A stretch of 63,848 nt of DNA from an uncultured Clostridia bacterium (GCA_944384215.1 CALWSN010000034.1:1-63848), one strand, 5' to 3'. Counted from the first letter of the stretch, positions 38,809 through 49,584 are shown. The notes: generated by a model from the letters alone, not told the origin. Translations and numbers: made by a program.

Positions 38809-39402
38809 TTCTGGGTTAAAATAATGTTTTCTACAAGTAGATATAAAATAATCTTCCCCCTCTTGTGTATCACCTATAACAACTGTGTTACCTGTGTCTG
38901 ATTGTAATATTGGTTTTCCATTTTTTATTCTTAAATTCATAGTTGCTTTTTTATCACAAAAATGACAAACACTTTTTATTTCTTGTATACTATCTGCAAA
39001 ATATAAAAGTGCTTTTGAGCCTTCAAAAAGTTCACCTTTTATATAGCTGTTTTTTAAACCATAACATATAACTGGTATTTTTAAAAAATCTACTATTTCT
39101 GTAAGCTCCATAACCTGTTTCTTAGTTAAAAATTGTGCTTCATCTATTAATATACAATTTATCTTTTGGTCATTTTGATTTTTTATAAAATCATATAGAT
39201 TAGTATCTTTATTAAAGCAAAAACATTTATGTTTATATGTTAATGCCCTACTCTCTATAAAACCATCTTCTGTTCTTGTATCTAAATTAGACCTAAGACA
39301 AACTATATTTTTACCTTGATTTTCATATTTATGCGCTGTCATTAAAAGGTCTGCCGATTTAGATGCATCCATAGTTCCATATTTAAAATATAATTTTGCC
39401 AT
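38797..39402 (-). CDS. tdk: Thymidine kinase
   Basis: MAKLYFKYGTMDASKS, LIDEAQF, YGL, CHFC, CRKHY; start ATG 39402. Confidence 0.94.
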   Translation of the reverse strand: MAKLYFKYGTMDASKSADLLMTAHKYENQGKNIVCLRSNLDTRTEDGFIESRALTYKHKCFCFNKDTNLYDFIKNQNDQKINCILIDEAQFLTKKQVMELTEIVDFLKIPVICYGLKNSYIKGELFEGSKALLYFADSIQEIKSVCHFCDKKATMNLRIKNGKPILQSDTGNTVVIGDTQEGEDYFISTCRKHYFNPEIKK

Positions 39403-39413
39403 TTTTATCTCCA

Positions 39414-40748
39414 TTAATCTATTTTTTCTGTTTCTTGTTGTTCTTTAGTATCTTTAGTGCTATCTAATGTTTGATTTATAATGTTTATCATAATATCTTT
39501 TGTGAGACTTCCTGATACATATCCATATACCTTACTATCTTTATTAATCATAAATGTAGTAGGAAAAGCTCTTATACCATAATTAGCTAATACATCACCT
39601 GTTTCATCAAAAAGTATAGGGAATGTGTACCCTTTTTCTTCTATAAATTTTACTATTTCTTCTTTAGATACATCACTATTATTTGGATATTCTTTTGAAG
39701 ATGGATTTGCTACACCAAGTATAACAACATCTTCTTCATTTAAACCATATTCTTTATAAAGTTCTTCTATATGAGGCATCTCTATCAAACAAGGGTTACA
39801 CCAAGTAGCCCAAAAATTAAGAAATACAACCTTATCTTTATAATCTGACAATGTATGTTCATTACCATATTGGTCTGTAAGTGTAAAATCAAATATATCT
39901 GGCAATTCTTCTGTATCTGTTGTATTTTCTGTTTTTTGTGTTGTTTCTTCTGTTTCAGTTTCTGTCAATTCTGTTTCGCTTTCTATATTTTCAACAGAAT
40001 TTTGATTTGATATAGTAACCTTATTTAGATACTTTGATAAACCATTCATATAACCTGTAAACGTCATTATACCTATAATAATTAATAATATACCACTTAA
40101 TTTTATTGTATATTTTAAAATATTTTGATTTTTCTTAAAAAAGTTTAATACTTGTGTTGTAAATAAACCTAATAATAAAAATGGTAATATAAATCCTAAA
40201 GAGTACACACCTATTAAAATATTACTTTTTAAATGATTTTCTGCACTAGAAGATAATATTAAAACAGATGATAAAGCAGGTCCTACACAAGGTGTCCAAG
40301 CAAAGCTAAAAGTAAAACCCATAAGAAGTGCTAATAATGGATTAACCTCTTTTTTACTTATATCAAAATTAAATTTTCTTTCTTTTTGTAAAAACTTAAA
40401 GTCAAATAACCCAAGTTGAAAAAGACCTAATAAAACAATTATTATACCACCTATTCTAGTAAATAATAATTGCTGTTCATTAAAAATATTACCTAAGAAA
40501 TAAAATGAATTTCCTAGTATAAAAAATGTAAAACTTACACCAATTGTAAAACATAATGTGTGAAAAAATACTTTTTTTCTATTATATACTATTGTTCCAT
40601 CAGTTAATATTTTTTTTGCATTACCTGCTAAATATGTTATATAAATAGGTATTAATGGTAAAATACAAGAAGATAAAAAAGAAAGAACACCTTCTATAAA
40701 TACTATTATAAAACTTATATGTTGTGAAATAGCTAAATTATTATTCAT
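39414..40748 (-). CDS. CcdA (DsbD-beta) - TlpA/redoxin fusion protein
   Basis: SFLSSCILP, WTPCVGP transmembrane cysteines; acidic Thr/Glu linker; NFWATWCNPC, AFPTTF. Confidence 0.9.
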   Translation of the reverse strand: MNNNLAISQHISFIIVFIEGVLSFLSSCILPLIPIYITYLAGNAKKILTDGTIVYNRKKVFFHTLCFTIGVSFTFFILGNSFYFLGNIFNEQQLLFTRIGGIIIVLLGLFQLGLFDFKFLQKERKFNFDISKKEVNPLLALLMGFTFSFAWTPCVGPALSSVLILSSSAENHLKSNILIGVYSLGFILPFLLLGLFTTQVLNFFKKNQNILKYTIKLSGILLIIIGIMTFTGYMNGLSKYLNKVTISNQNSVENIESETELTETETEETTQKTENTTDTEELPDIFDFTLTDQYGNEHTLSDYKDKVVFLNFWATWCNPCLIEMPHIEELYKEYGLNEEDVVILGVANPSSKEYPNNSDVSKEEIVKFIEEKGYTFPILFDETGDVLANYGIRAFPTTFMINKDSKVYGYVSGSLTKDIMINIINQTLDSTKDTKEQQETEKID

Positions 40749-40761
40749 TTTATACCCCTTT

Positions 40762-41079
40762 CTATTTATTATTATTTATTATTATTTTTTCTATATAATC
40801 TTTATCTTTTAAGCCGTTTATTTTTTCTATTATGTTATTGTTTTTTATAATTACCATTGCTGGAACAGACATTATACCAAATTTTATTGCCAAGTCTGGG
40901 TTATCCTCAATATTTATTTTACCAATAGTTATGTTTTCGTTTTCCTTTTCTATTTCTTCTAATATATTATTTAATATTTTACAAGGAGCACAATTTGTTG
41001 CACCAAAATCTAAAATAACTAAATTATTATTATTTGCTACATATTCATCATAATTATTTTGTACAATTTCTACTATCAT
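40762..41079 (-). CDS. Thioredoxin family protein (NCAPC active site)
   Basis: LDFGATNCAPC, GIMSVP cis-Pro loop; 105 aa. Confidence 0.85.
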   Translation of the reverse strand: MIVEIVQNNYDEYVANNNNLVILDFGATNCAPCKILNNILEEIEKENENITIGKINIEDNPDLAIKFGIMSVPAMVIIKNNNIIEKINGLKDKDYIEKIIINNNK

Positions 41080-41094
41080 ATATATTCCTTTCTG

Positions 41095-42129
41095 CTATAC
41101 AATATTATCTAATTTTAAATTTGGATATGCATTTAAGTCTAAATCTGCAAAATTTCCTTTTAAATATTCATAATATCCTACACAGCCTATCATTGCTGCA
41201 TTGTCTGTACATAATTTTAAACTAGGTATACAAAGCTTAATATTTTCTTTATCACAAGCTTCTTTCATTGTTTCACGTAAAAATGAGTTTGCAGAAACAC
41301 CACCTGCTAGTGCTAATGTTTTTATATTTTTTTCTTTACAAGCTTTTATAGTTTTAAAAACTAATACATCTGCTACTGCTTGCTGAAAAGATGCTGCTAA
41401 ATCTTCATTTTTAAATGGCATATTAGTCATTTTACTTTTGTTAACAAAATTTAATACTGCCGATTTTAAACCACTAAAGCTAAAATCATAATCATCTGTA
41501 TCTATCATTACACGTGGTAAGTCTATTGCATATTTGTCACCTGTTTTTGCAAGTTTATCTATTTCTGGACCTCCAGGATAATTAAGCCCTATTGTTCTAG
41601 CTACCTTATCAAAAGCCTCCCCACAGGCATCATCTCTTGTTTTTCCTAATATTTTAAACTTTCCATAATCTTCTACATAAACTATATGGGTATGCCCACC
41701 TGATATAACAAGGCTTATAAATGGTGGCTCTAGCTCTTTATCTTCTATATAATTAGCATATATATGTCCCTCTATATGATGAACTGGTATAAGAGGTTTT
41801 TTTAAAGTGTATGCTAAAGATTTTGCATAGCTAACACCAACTAACAATGCACCAACAAGACCTGGTCCATATGTAACAGCAATAGCATCTATATCTTCAA
41901 GTTTTTTATTAGCTTGTTCTAATGCTTCATCTAAAACTATGTCTATAACTTCTATATGCTTTCTTGATGCTATTTCAGGAACAACACCACCAAAAGCTCT
42001 ATGTGTATCTATTTGAGAAGATATAACATTAGATAAAACTTCTCTACCATTTTTTACAATAGCAATAGATGTTTCATCACAAGAGCTTTCTATGGCCAAT
42101 ATAATTATATCTTTTTTATTATCTTCCAT
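41095..42129 (-). CDS. tsaD: tRNA N6-threonylcarbamoyladenosine transferase subunit
   Basis: [49 protein letters not shown]. Confidence 0.97.
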   Translation of the reverse strand: MEDNKKDIIILAIESSCDETSIAIVKNGREVLSNVISSQIDTHRAFGGVVPEIASRKHIEVIDIVLDEALEQANKKLEDIDAIAVTYGPGLVGALLVGVSYAKSLAYTLKKPLIPVHHIEGHIYANYIEDKELEPPFISLVISGGHTHIVYVEDYGKFKILGKTRDDACGEAFDKVARTIGLNYPGGPEIDKLAKTGDKYAIDLPRVMIDTDDYDFSFSGLKSAVLNFVNKSKMTNMPFKNEDLAASFQQAVADVLVFKTIKACKEKNIKTLALAGGVSANSFLRETMKEACDKENIKLCIPSLKLCTDNAAMIGCVGYYEYLKGNFADLDLNAYPNLKLDNIV

Positions 42130-42331
42130 ACTATACCCTTTCTAACAAATTTATTTTTATGATTTATTATATCAGTAAATTAAATACAAATCAATTAATT
42201 TTTTAATACTTTTTATTTAATAATTACTATTATTAATAAAATTAATTTTATTTTTTTATTTTTGAGTTATTTTACAATAATAATGAAATATAATGAAGCA
42301 TAAATGAACTATTTTGTATTACAAAAAAATA

Positions 42332-42360
42332 TTGATTAATAATGGTTTAAATGATATAAT
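42332..42360 (+). promoter_or_regulatory. Sigma-A promoter for prfC
   Basis: TTGATT-17-TATAAT with extended TG. Confidence 0.6.
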
Positions 42361-42401
42361 TTTCTAGTAAATTAAAAGAATTTTTTAGAAAGGGTTTAAG
42401 T

Positions 42402-43985
42402 ATGTCTAATATTAACAATATAGAAGAAATAAACAAAAGAAGAATTTTTGGTATAATATCTCACCCAGATGCTGGTAAAACAACATTAACAGAAAAATTG
42501 CTTTTACATGGTGGGGCTATTAGAGAAGCTGGTGCTGTTAAAGCTAGGCGAGGACGTTCTGCAAAGTCTGACTGGATGGAAATAGAAAAACAAAGGGGTA
42601 TTTCTGTTACATCTTCGGTTATGCAGTTTGAATATAACGATAAAAAAATCTCTATTATGGATACACCAGGGCATAATGACTTTGGTGAAGATACTTATCG
42701 TATCCTAACTTCTGTTGATAGTGCTGTTATGGTTATAGATGCTGCAAAAGGTGTGGAGGCTCAAACTAAAAAACTTTTTAAAGTATGTAGTATGCGAGAA
42801 ATACCTATTTTTACATTTGTTAATAAACTTGATAGAGAAGCAAACTCTCCTTTAGATTTATTAGAATCTTTAGAAGAGGCTTTAGGGCTGCCTTCTGTTG
42901 CTGTAACTTGGCCTATTGGTAGTGGTTCTATATTTGAGGGCATATATGATAGAAAAGAAAATAAAATTCATCTTTTTAAAACAAAAGAAACTATCAATTT
43001 ATCTGAAAAAGGCGTATACGACGAAAAATTAGACAGCATATTATTACCAGAAAATTTAGAAAATCTTAGAATGGATATAGAATTGTTAGATGGTGCTGGT
43101 AATGAATTTGATTTAGATTTAATACTAAAAGGTAAACTTTCTCCTGTATTTTTTTGTACTGCTCTTTCTGATTTTGGTGTTACAGAATTTTTAGAACATT
43201 TTTTAAAAATATCTCCTCCACCATCTGATAGAAAAACAACAACAGGCAAAGTAAGTCCAACAGATGAATTTTTTAGTGGCTTTATATTTAAAATACAAGC
43301 TAATATGAACCCTGCTCATAGAGATAGATTAGCCTTTTTAAGAATTTGTTCTGGAACTTTTGAACGTGGTATGAATGTTACATTATCAAGAACAGGTAAA
43401 CAATTTAAGTTAAATCAATCTACACAGCTTATGGCAAATGAACGAGAAACAATAGACATAGCTTGTGCTGGAGATGTTATAGGTATATATGATTCTGGTA
43501 ACTATCAAGTTGGTGATACATTAACAAATAGTAATGAAAAAATATTCTTTGAACCTTTACCAACCTTCCCTCCAGAACTTTTTATGAAGGTTAGACCAAT
43601 TAATACTATGAAAGCAAAGCATTTTCAAAAGGGTGTAGACCAGCTAGCTCAAGAAGGTGCTATACAGGTATATAGAAATGAATTTAATGAAGTTATATTA
43701 GGAGCAGTAGGACAATTACAATTTGAAGTTTTTGAACACCGTATAAAAAATGAATATAACTCTGATATAAGGATGGAACCTATTAGCTTTACTGTTGCTA
43801 GATGGGTAAAATGTGATGATATAGAAAAATTAAAAGATTTTCAAAATTCTAGATGTACATTAGTTTTTGACCATTTTGATAGACCAATATTATTATTTGC
43901 AAATCAATATACATTAGATACTTTTGTAGAAAGAAACCCAGATTTAAAACTTATAGATGCATTAAATGTTCAAACTGAACTATAA
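42402..43985 (+). CDS. prfC: Peptide chain release factor 3
   Basis: IISHPDAGKTT, SDWMEIEKQRGIS, DTPGH, NKLD, FKIQANM..HRDR, GAVGQLQFEV. Confidence 0.97.
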   Translation: MSNINNIEEINKRRIFGIISHPDAGKTTLTEKLLLHGGAIREAGAVKARRGRSAKSDWMEIEKQRGISVTSSVMQFEYNDKKISIMDTPGHNDFGEDTYRILTSVDSAVMVIDAAKGVEAQTKKLFKVCSMREIPIFTFVNKLDREANSPLDLLESLEEALGLPSVAVTWPIGSGSIFEGIYDRKENKIHLFKTKETINLSEKGVYDEKLDSILLPENLENLRMDIELLDGAGNEFDLDLILKGKLSPVFFCTALSDFGVTEFLEHFLKISPPPSDRKTTTGKVSPTDEFFSGFIFKIQANMNPAHRDRLAFLRICSGTFERGMNVTLSRTGKQFKLNQSTQLMANERETIDIACAGDVIGIYDSGNYQVGDTLTNSNEKIFFEPLPTFPPELFMKVRPINTMKAKHFQKGVDQLAQEGAIQVYRNEFNEVILGAVGQLQFEVFEHRIKNEYNSDIRMEPISFTVARWVKCDDIEKLKDFQNSRCTLVFDHFDRPILLFANQYTLDTFVERNPDLKLIDALNVQTEL

Positions 43986-44092
43986 TTATTATAAAATATT
44001 ATATTATTAATCGTTATTTATTATAAAATTAATATAATTAGTAATTATTATTTATTAATTTTAACTATTAATTTTTTTATTTAATATATCTA

Positions 44093-44137
44093 TTGATTTT
44101 TTATATAATTTATAGTATCATATAAGAATAATTATCA
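44093..44137 (+). promoter_or_regulatory. Promoter and Fur/PerR-box-like autoregulatory site
   Basis: TTGATT-17-TATCAT followed by 7-1-7 TAAGAAT-A-ATTATCA (44123-44137). Confidence 0.55.
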
Positions 44138-44156
44138 TCTAATAAGGAGGTGCCCT

Positions 44157-44576
44157 ATGAAAATTCTTATAGAAAATCTTAAAAATAATAACTTAAAAGT
44201 TACTCCTCAAAGATTAACTATCTATAACTATCTATATCATAACCATATTCACCCTAGTGCAGAAACTATTTATAATAATATAAAAGAGCAAAACCCTACT
44301 ATAAGCCTTGCAACTGTTTATAAAACTTTAAAATCTTTAAAAGATTCGGGTCTTGTTCAAGAAATAAATGTTGGTGAAGATAGCTTTAGATATGATGTAC
44401 AAATTACCCCTCATTCTCATATAATTTGTACAAAATGTAATAGTATTGTTGACTATTTTCCTGAAGATAACTTTATTGATAGTATACAAGATAAAGTTGC
44501 TAAAGAAACTAACTTTCAGGTTACTTCACATCAAATGTATTTTTATGGCACTTGCAAAGATTGTTTAAATAGTTAA
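44157..44576 (+). CDS. Fur-family regulator, PerR-like
   Basis: VTPQR, HPSAE, SLATVYKTL, RYD, HSHIIC-x2-C, GTC-x2-C. Confidence 0.9.
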   Translation: MKILIENLKNNNLKVTPQRLTIYNYLYHNHIHPSAETIYNNIKEQNPTISLATVYKTLKSLKDSGLVQEINVGEDSFRYDVQITPHSHIICTKCNSIVDYFPEDNFIDSIQDKVAKETNFQVTSHQMYFYGTCKDCLNS

Positions 44577-44625
44577 TTTATAATAAAAAGTGTAGGTATA
44601 ATTACCTACACTTTTTATTATAAAT
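44576..44625. terminator. Bidirectional terminator (23-bp arms)
   Basis: atttataataaaaagtgtaggta-taat-tacctacactttttattataaat. Confidence 0.88.
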
Positions 44626-44926
44626 CTAAAAAATTATATTCTGTTATTTCATTTAAATAAATTTCCATATTATGCTTTAAATAAATGCAACAAGCCAGTC
44701 TAATACCATCTTCTAACTCGTATTTAGATAATTTCATTTTATCTAAATTAGTTGGCTGTTCTATACCTTTTAAAACTTTAATTTTACAATTGCCACATCT
44801 ACCATTAGCACCACAAGGAAAAATAAAATTAATATTTTCATTTTTTAAAATATCTTTTAACATTTCTCCTTCTTTACATTTTATATTATATATATTTTGG
44901 TTTGTATTTATTTTTAAATTAATCAT
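44618..44926 (-). CDS. Stand-alone 2Fe-2S ferredoxin-type domain protein
   Basis: PCGANGRCGNC...RLAC cysteine pattern. Confidence 0.85.
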   Translation of the reverse strand: MINLKINTNQNIYNIKCKEGEMLKDILKNENINFIFPCGANGRCGNCKIKVLKGIEQPTNLDKMKLSKYELEDGIRLACCIYLKHNMEIYLNEITEYNFLDL

Positions 44927-45142
44927 AATATCACCTTAATTCATTTTTTATATATTATACATTATTTTAAATAATATATCAATAATATAAAATTTATAAA
45001 ATACTTAAATTTATTTTTATATAATAAATTAAAAAATTTTTTATTTTTTGTAAAAAATAGTTTAATTTATATACTTTTTAAGTTATTATATATAAAGCTA
45101 TATATTCTAAAATACATTATAATATAAAATGGAGGTATAAAT

Positions 45143-46042
45143 ATGATATATACATTAACTTTTAATCCTGCTCTAGACTATATTTTAAATATTGATAATA
45201 TGGAAATTGGTAAAACTAATCGAAGTAAAAAAGAAGAAATTTATGTAGGTGGTAAAGGTATAAATGTTTCTATTGTATTAAAAAACTTAGGCATAAATAG
45301 CAAATGTTTAGGTTTTTATGGTGGTTTTGTAGGCAATGAAATAATTAAAATTTTAAGTAGTTTTGGCTGTAATTGTGACTTTATAGAAATACCTGAAAAT
45401 AGCCGAATAAATATAAAAATAAAATCTACTAAAGAAACAGAATTAAATGCACAAGGCCCTAATATATCTAAAAATCATATTGAAGAACTTTTTAAAAAAA
45501 TAGATAATTTAAAAGATAATGATATTCTTATTTTAGCAGGTTCTATACCAAATACACTTCCTTCAGATATGTATGAAAAAATTCAAGAAAGATTAAAACA
45601 TAAAAATATTAAAATTATAGTTGATGCTACTAAAGATTTACTATTAAATTCATTAAAATATAAGCCATTTTTAATAAAACCTAATAAAGATGAGCTTGGT
45701 GAAATATTTAATGTAACAATAAAAAATGATAATGATTTATTAATTTATAGCAAAAAATTAAAAGAATATGGTGCTAAAAATGTTCTTATATCTTTAGGGG
45801 AAAATGGTGCATTTTTATTAGATGAAAACAATAATACTTATAGATTAAACTCTCCAAAAGGTAAATTAATAAATTCTGTTGGTGCTGGTGATTCTATGGT
45901 TGCTGGCTTTATATATGGATTTGAAAAATTTAAAGATTATGAAAAAGCATTTAAATATTCAATAGCAACAGGAAGTGCAACAGCTTTTTCAACTTGGCTT
46001 GCAGAAGAGAATAAAATAAATGAACTATTTAACAACTTATAA
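45143..46042 (+). CDS. 1-phosphofructokinase family hexose kinase (PfkB/FruK)
   Basis: TFNPALD, GGKGINVS, AGSIP, IKPN, SVGAGDSMVAG. Confidence 0.92.
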   Translation: MIYTLTFNPALDYILNIDNMEIGKTNRSKKEEIYVGGKGINVSIVLKNLGINSKCLGFYGGFVGNEIIKILSSFGCNCDFIEIPENSRINIKIKSTKETELNAQGPNISKNHIEELFKKIDNLKDNDILILAGSIPNTLPSDMYEKIQERLKHKNIKIIVDATKDLLLNSLKYKPFLIKPNKDELGEIFNVTIKNDNDLLIYSKKLKEYGAKNVLISLGENGAFLLDENNNTYRLNSPKGKLINSVGAGDSMVAGFIYGFEKFKDYEKAFKYSIATGSATAFSTWLAEENKINELFNNL

Positions 46043-46086
46043 AAAATATAAGTGTATAGATAAAATCTATACACTTATATTTTTTA
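46040..46086. terminator. Bidirectional terminator (22-bp arms including both stop codons)
   Basis: taaaaaatataagtgtatagat-aaa-atctatacacttatatttttta. Confidence 0.88.
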
Positions 46087-48432
46087 ATTATAAATATTTA
46101 TTATTTCAATATTTTGATAATATTTATTAATAATTTCTTCATATGTGTTACCTTGTTCACTCATTTTATTTGCTCCATATAAGCTAAGACCTACACAATG
46201 ACCATATCCACCACCATATAAAGTCATTTTCTTTAAATATTCATTGTTATCATATATTTTATCAAAAACAAAATAGCTACTAGGAACAGTATTTACATTT
46301 TGTACTATTTGTCCATTATTATCTATTACAGAATTTAATGTAAAAGCTCTTTTTATTATTAAATCTGACATTAATAACACTGTATTTTTATCTCCCACTA
46401 TTTCAAGCTCAATTATATTACCTGCTTCACCTCTTTTTTTAACATTTATATCTTTTATTTTACCTATATCATCTATTGGTTTATAAACATATTTATCACC
46501 TTCTAGTGTTTTTATTAAATATTTTTCATTTTTATATATTTCTTTTATATTGCTACTTATTTTTAAAATATCCTTTTCTTCTAAAGTTGTACTCCATCTA
46601 AACCATTTACTATCCTTTTCTATACTATTAATATCTTTAGTTTTATAAAAAATATTGGCATTTACCTCTTCTTGTAAATTTTCATATATATTATTTTGAA
46701 AATCCTTTATATGCAGTAAATATGGTTTGTTTTCTGTTGGATATGTATGATAATCTTTATTATGCCATATTTCTCCACTATTTCCTGTAACCCCAGGAGA
46801 ATAGCTAAAATATGTAGGTTTTATAGCATTGTTATTATTTGTTAATATTATACCTTTTGTTTCTTCTACTGCTTGTTTAAATATATCTTCATTTGGCTTG
46901 TTATTATAAATTTGATATTTTGAGCTATCATCTAAATTAGCCCCTATATTTTTTAGATTATTTTCATTTATATAGTTAATAACAGTTGTTCTATATATTA
47001 TACTTACAGTTTTTAACATCTCTAAATTTTTATATTCATTGCCATTGCTAGCTAGTACACTTTCTAAATATTTTTCTATATTTATTTCATTTATAATAAT
47101 ATATTTATCATTTATTTTAGTAATTTCTAGTTTTTCATAAAATATAGGCTCAGAATAACTCCTCTTTAAATTTTCAAATATTATGCCTTCATTTTTATTA
47201 ACTGGCTCTATAACTATAATCTCATTTTGTCCTATTGAAAAATCTTGTCCTTTTTTTATATGTAAACTTGGCAAAATTTTTTCTTGACCTTTTACCATAA
47301 CCTTTAAACCACTATTAGCTTTTAGCTTTATTTCATCAAAATATAAATTATTATAGCTACTATCATTTATAGCAACTCTTACTTGTTCATATATTAGGCT
47401 TTTATCTATAATAGCTCCATATATTTTATTTTCATTACCTTTAGTAAAATATGTTGCTATATCTTGTCCTATAATTAAATCATCTAAATTATTCATAGAT
47501 AAATTGTTATTTGTATTATTATAAACTTTAAAATCTTTATCTAAAACATAGTTTGTATTATTTAATCTAAGGGTATTATTATCTACTCTGTTTATTATTC
47601 CTCTAGTTGTTTGATTATAATACTCTATATATAAAGCTTCATCTCCATTTATTTTTATGTCTGCTAAAATATTATTATCTTGTAATTTAATATTTTCATC
47701 TTTTACATATAGTCTCTTTTTTGCACCGCCTATAAATATATCTATAAAATTTTTACCAGTTTTTTCTATATAGCATCTTTTTAAAATAGGTTCTGTTTCT
47801 AAAATTTCTGTTATTGCTATTACCTCTTTTTCTCTTGTTAATACTTTTATTTTGGTATTTATATATTTTTCTATATTAATGCCTTCAAAAGAATATAAAC
47901 CTTTATCTGTTATTGCATAGTCTTCTTTTAATTCCTTATTAGTTTCTTTTGTTGCCAATATAACTATCTCTTGTTCTTCAATATTTTCATCATTTATAAT
48001 TTGATAATATATATCACACCAAAGAGCATAAGAAACAGGCTTGTCCTTATTTTTATCATCTATTTTAATCTTTTTATTTTTATCATATTTATTTATTAAA
48101 TATTGTGTTTGAGTTATTGTTAAATTTCCCGTTGGGTCAAATTTATCTTCTAAAATTCCACTCATATCCCCATTTATATAAGCACAATTTATATACTTAT
48201 TATACCAACTATCATCTTTTACATCATCAAAATCTATAATATTATCTAAAGCTAAAATTTCTTTTCTATTATAATTAGCTAATGCCATCATTTTAGAAAC
48301 AGTTGCTCTATCTACGGGATAGTCATTTCCTATTATACCAACTTTAATTTCTTCTTTTTTTTCAATATTATTTGAGCAACCTGTTAATATAAATAATATT
48401 GTAAAAATAATAAATAGCATTCTATTATTCAT
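46084..48432 (-). CDS. SpoIID/LytB domain-containing lipoprotein
   Basis: Lipobox LTGC; INEINIEKYL, DSSKYQIY, AVEETKG, GGGYGHCVGLSLYGA, IINKYY. Confidence 0.82.
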   Translation of the reverse strand: MNNRMLFIIFTILFILTGCSNNIEKKEEIKVGIIGNDYPVDRATVSKMMALANYNRKEILALDNIIDFDDVKDDSWYNKYINCAYINGDMSGILEDKFDPTGNLTITQTQYLINKYDKNKKIKIDDKNKDKPVSYALWCDIYYQIINDENIEEQEIVILATKETNKELKEDYAITDKGLYSFEGINIEKYINTKIKVLTREKEVIAITEILETEPILKRCYIEKTGKNFIDIFIGGAKKRLYVKDENIKLQDNNILADIKINGDEALYIEYYNQTTRGIINRVDNNTLRLNNTNYVLDKDFKVYNNTNNNLSMNNLDDLIIGQDIATYFTKGNENKIYGAIIDKSLIYEQVRVAINDSSYNNLYFDEIKLKANSGLKVMVKGQEKILPSLHIKKGQDFSIGQNEIIVIEPVNKNEGIIFENLKRSYSEPIFYEKLEITKINDKYIIINEINIEKYLESVLASNGNEYKNLEMLKTVSIIYRTTVINYINENNLKNIGANLDDSSKYQIYNNKPNEDIFKQAVEETKGIILTNNNNAIKPTYFSYSPGVTGNSGEIWHNKDYHTYPTENKPYLLHIKDFQNNIYENLQEEVNANIFYKTKDINSIEKDSKWFRWSTTLEEKDILKISSNIKEIYKNEKYLIKTLEGDKYVYKPIDDIGKIKDINVKKRGEAGNIIELEIVGDKNTVLLMSDLIIKRAFTLNSVIDNNGQIVQNVNTVPSSYFVFDKIYDNNEYLKKMTLYGGGYGHCVGLSLYGANKMSEQGNTYEEIINKYYQNIEIINIYN

Positions 48433-48509
48433 AATATTTCCTCCTTAAGTAAATAATACTTATATAAATATATGAATAAAAAATGCTATTATTACTTATT
48501 TTGTTATTT

Positions 48510-49019
48510 TTATAAATATAAATTCATTAATAATGCATCATAATATATATTATTTATACAAAAAAACTTTTTATATATACCTATGTTTTCAAAACCTAAT
48601 TTTTCATATAATTTTATCCCTCTATCATTGTCCACTCTTACTTGAAGCTCTATAACTGAAATATTTATATCTTTTGCAAATTTAATTAAGCTAGAAACCA
48701 TTTTTTCACCTATTTTTATACCCCAATATTTTTTACTAACCGATATAGCAAGATTTACTCTATGTTTTAATCTTTCTTTATTAAATCCTTGTAAAAATCC
48801 AATAGATACTATTTGATTATTAATTATACCTAATAACATAATATTATTATAACTATTATTTATATTTTCTATTATATTTTCTTGAGCTTGTATTGACATA
48901 TTTTTAAAGCCATCTTTACCAAATAATAAATTATCACTTTCTCCACCAACTTTATTAAAATAATCTATTATATTTTTGGCATCATCTTTATTTGCTTTTC
49001 GTATTAATAATTCATTCAT
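48510..49019 (-). CDS. GNAT N-acetyltransferase
   Basis: ISVSKKYWGIKIG, LQVRVDNDRGIKLYEKLGF. Confidence 0.9.
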   Translation of the reverse strand: MNELLIRKANKDDAKNIIDYFNKVGGESDNLLFGKDGFKNMSIQAQENIIENINNSYNNIMLLGIINNQIVSIGFLQGFNKERLKHRVNLAISVSKKYWGIKIGEKMVSSLIKFAKDINISVIELQVRVDNDRGIKLYEKLGFENIGIYKKFFCINNIYYDALLMNLYL

Positions 49020-49142
49020 AATATCACCTCATTAAATATTTTAATAATTTTACCATTAATAACTATATTTTTCAATAAATATAGACTAATAGCTTATTTT
49101 TATGTTATTATAACTACATAAAAAGTAAGAAAGGTGAAAAAT

Positions 49143-49499
49143 ATGCTAATAAGAAAAGATTATACTTGCCCATTAGAGCTTGTTCACGATATGATGAAAG
49201 GTAAATGGAAGTGCATTATTATTTGGCGACTTCGTCTAGGAGCAACAATGCCCTCTAGTCTATTAAAAGATATATGTGGTATAACAGAAAAAATGTTACA
49301 TCAACATTTAAAAGAGCTTATAAGTTATGGTCTAGTTGATAAGCATACATACGGTAAATACCCGTTAAAAACAGAATATTTTTTAACTGATATGGGTAAA
49401 GATATTTTAAAAGCTCTAGAGATATATCAAAAAGTTGGTATTGAATATATGATAAAAAATGGACAAGATGCTATATTAAAAGAAAAAGGACTTATTTAA
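49143..49499 (+). CDS. HxlR/DUF24-family winged-helix regulator
   Basis: CPLE...GKWK, GITEKMLHQHLKEL, YPLKTEYFLT; ATG 49143 behind AAAGGTG. Confidence 0.9.
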   Translation: MLIRKDYTCPLELVHDMMKGKWKCIIIWRLRLGATMPSSLLKDICGITEKMLHQHLKELISYGLVDKHTYGKYPLKTEYFLTDMGKDILKALEIYQKVGIEYMIKNGQDAILKEKGLI

Positions 49500-49584
49500 T
49501 ACTAACAAAAAAGTGGGTAATTTACAAATTTTCAATTTATAATATAATAAATATATAAATTAATTATATTATGGAGGAAATAAT

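Noticed and set aside
39900-40010. Short repeats in the CcdA-redoxin gene
   Set aside because: They encode a low-complexity Thr/Glu linker and are not an independent element
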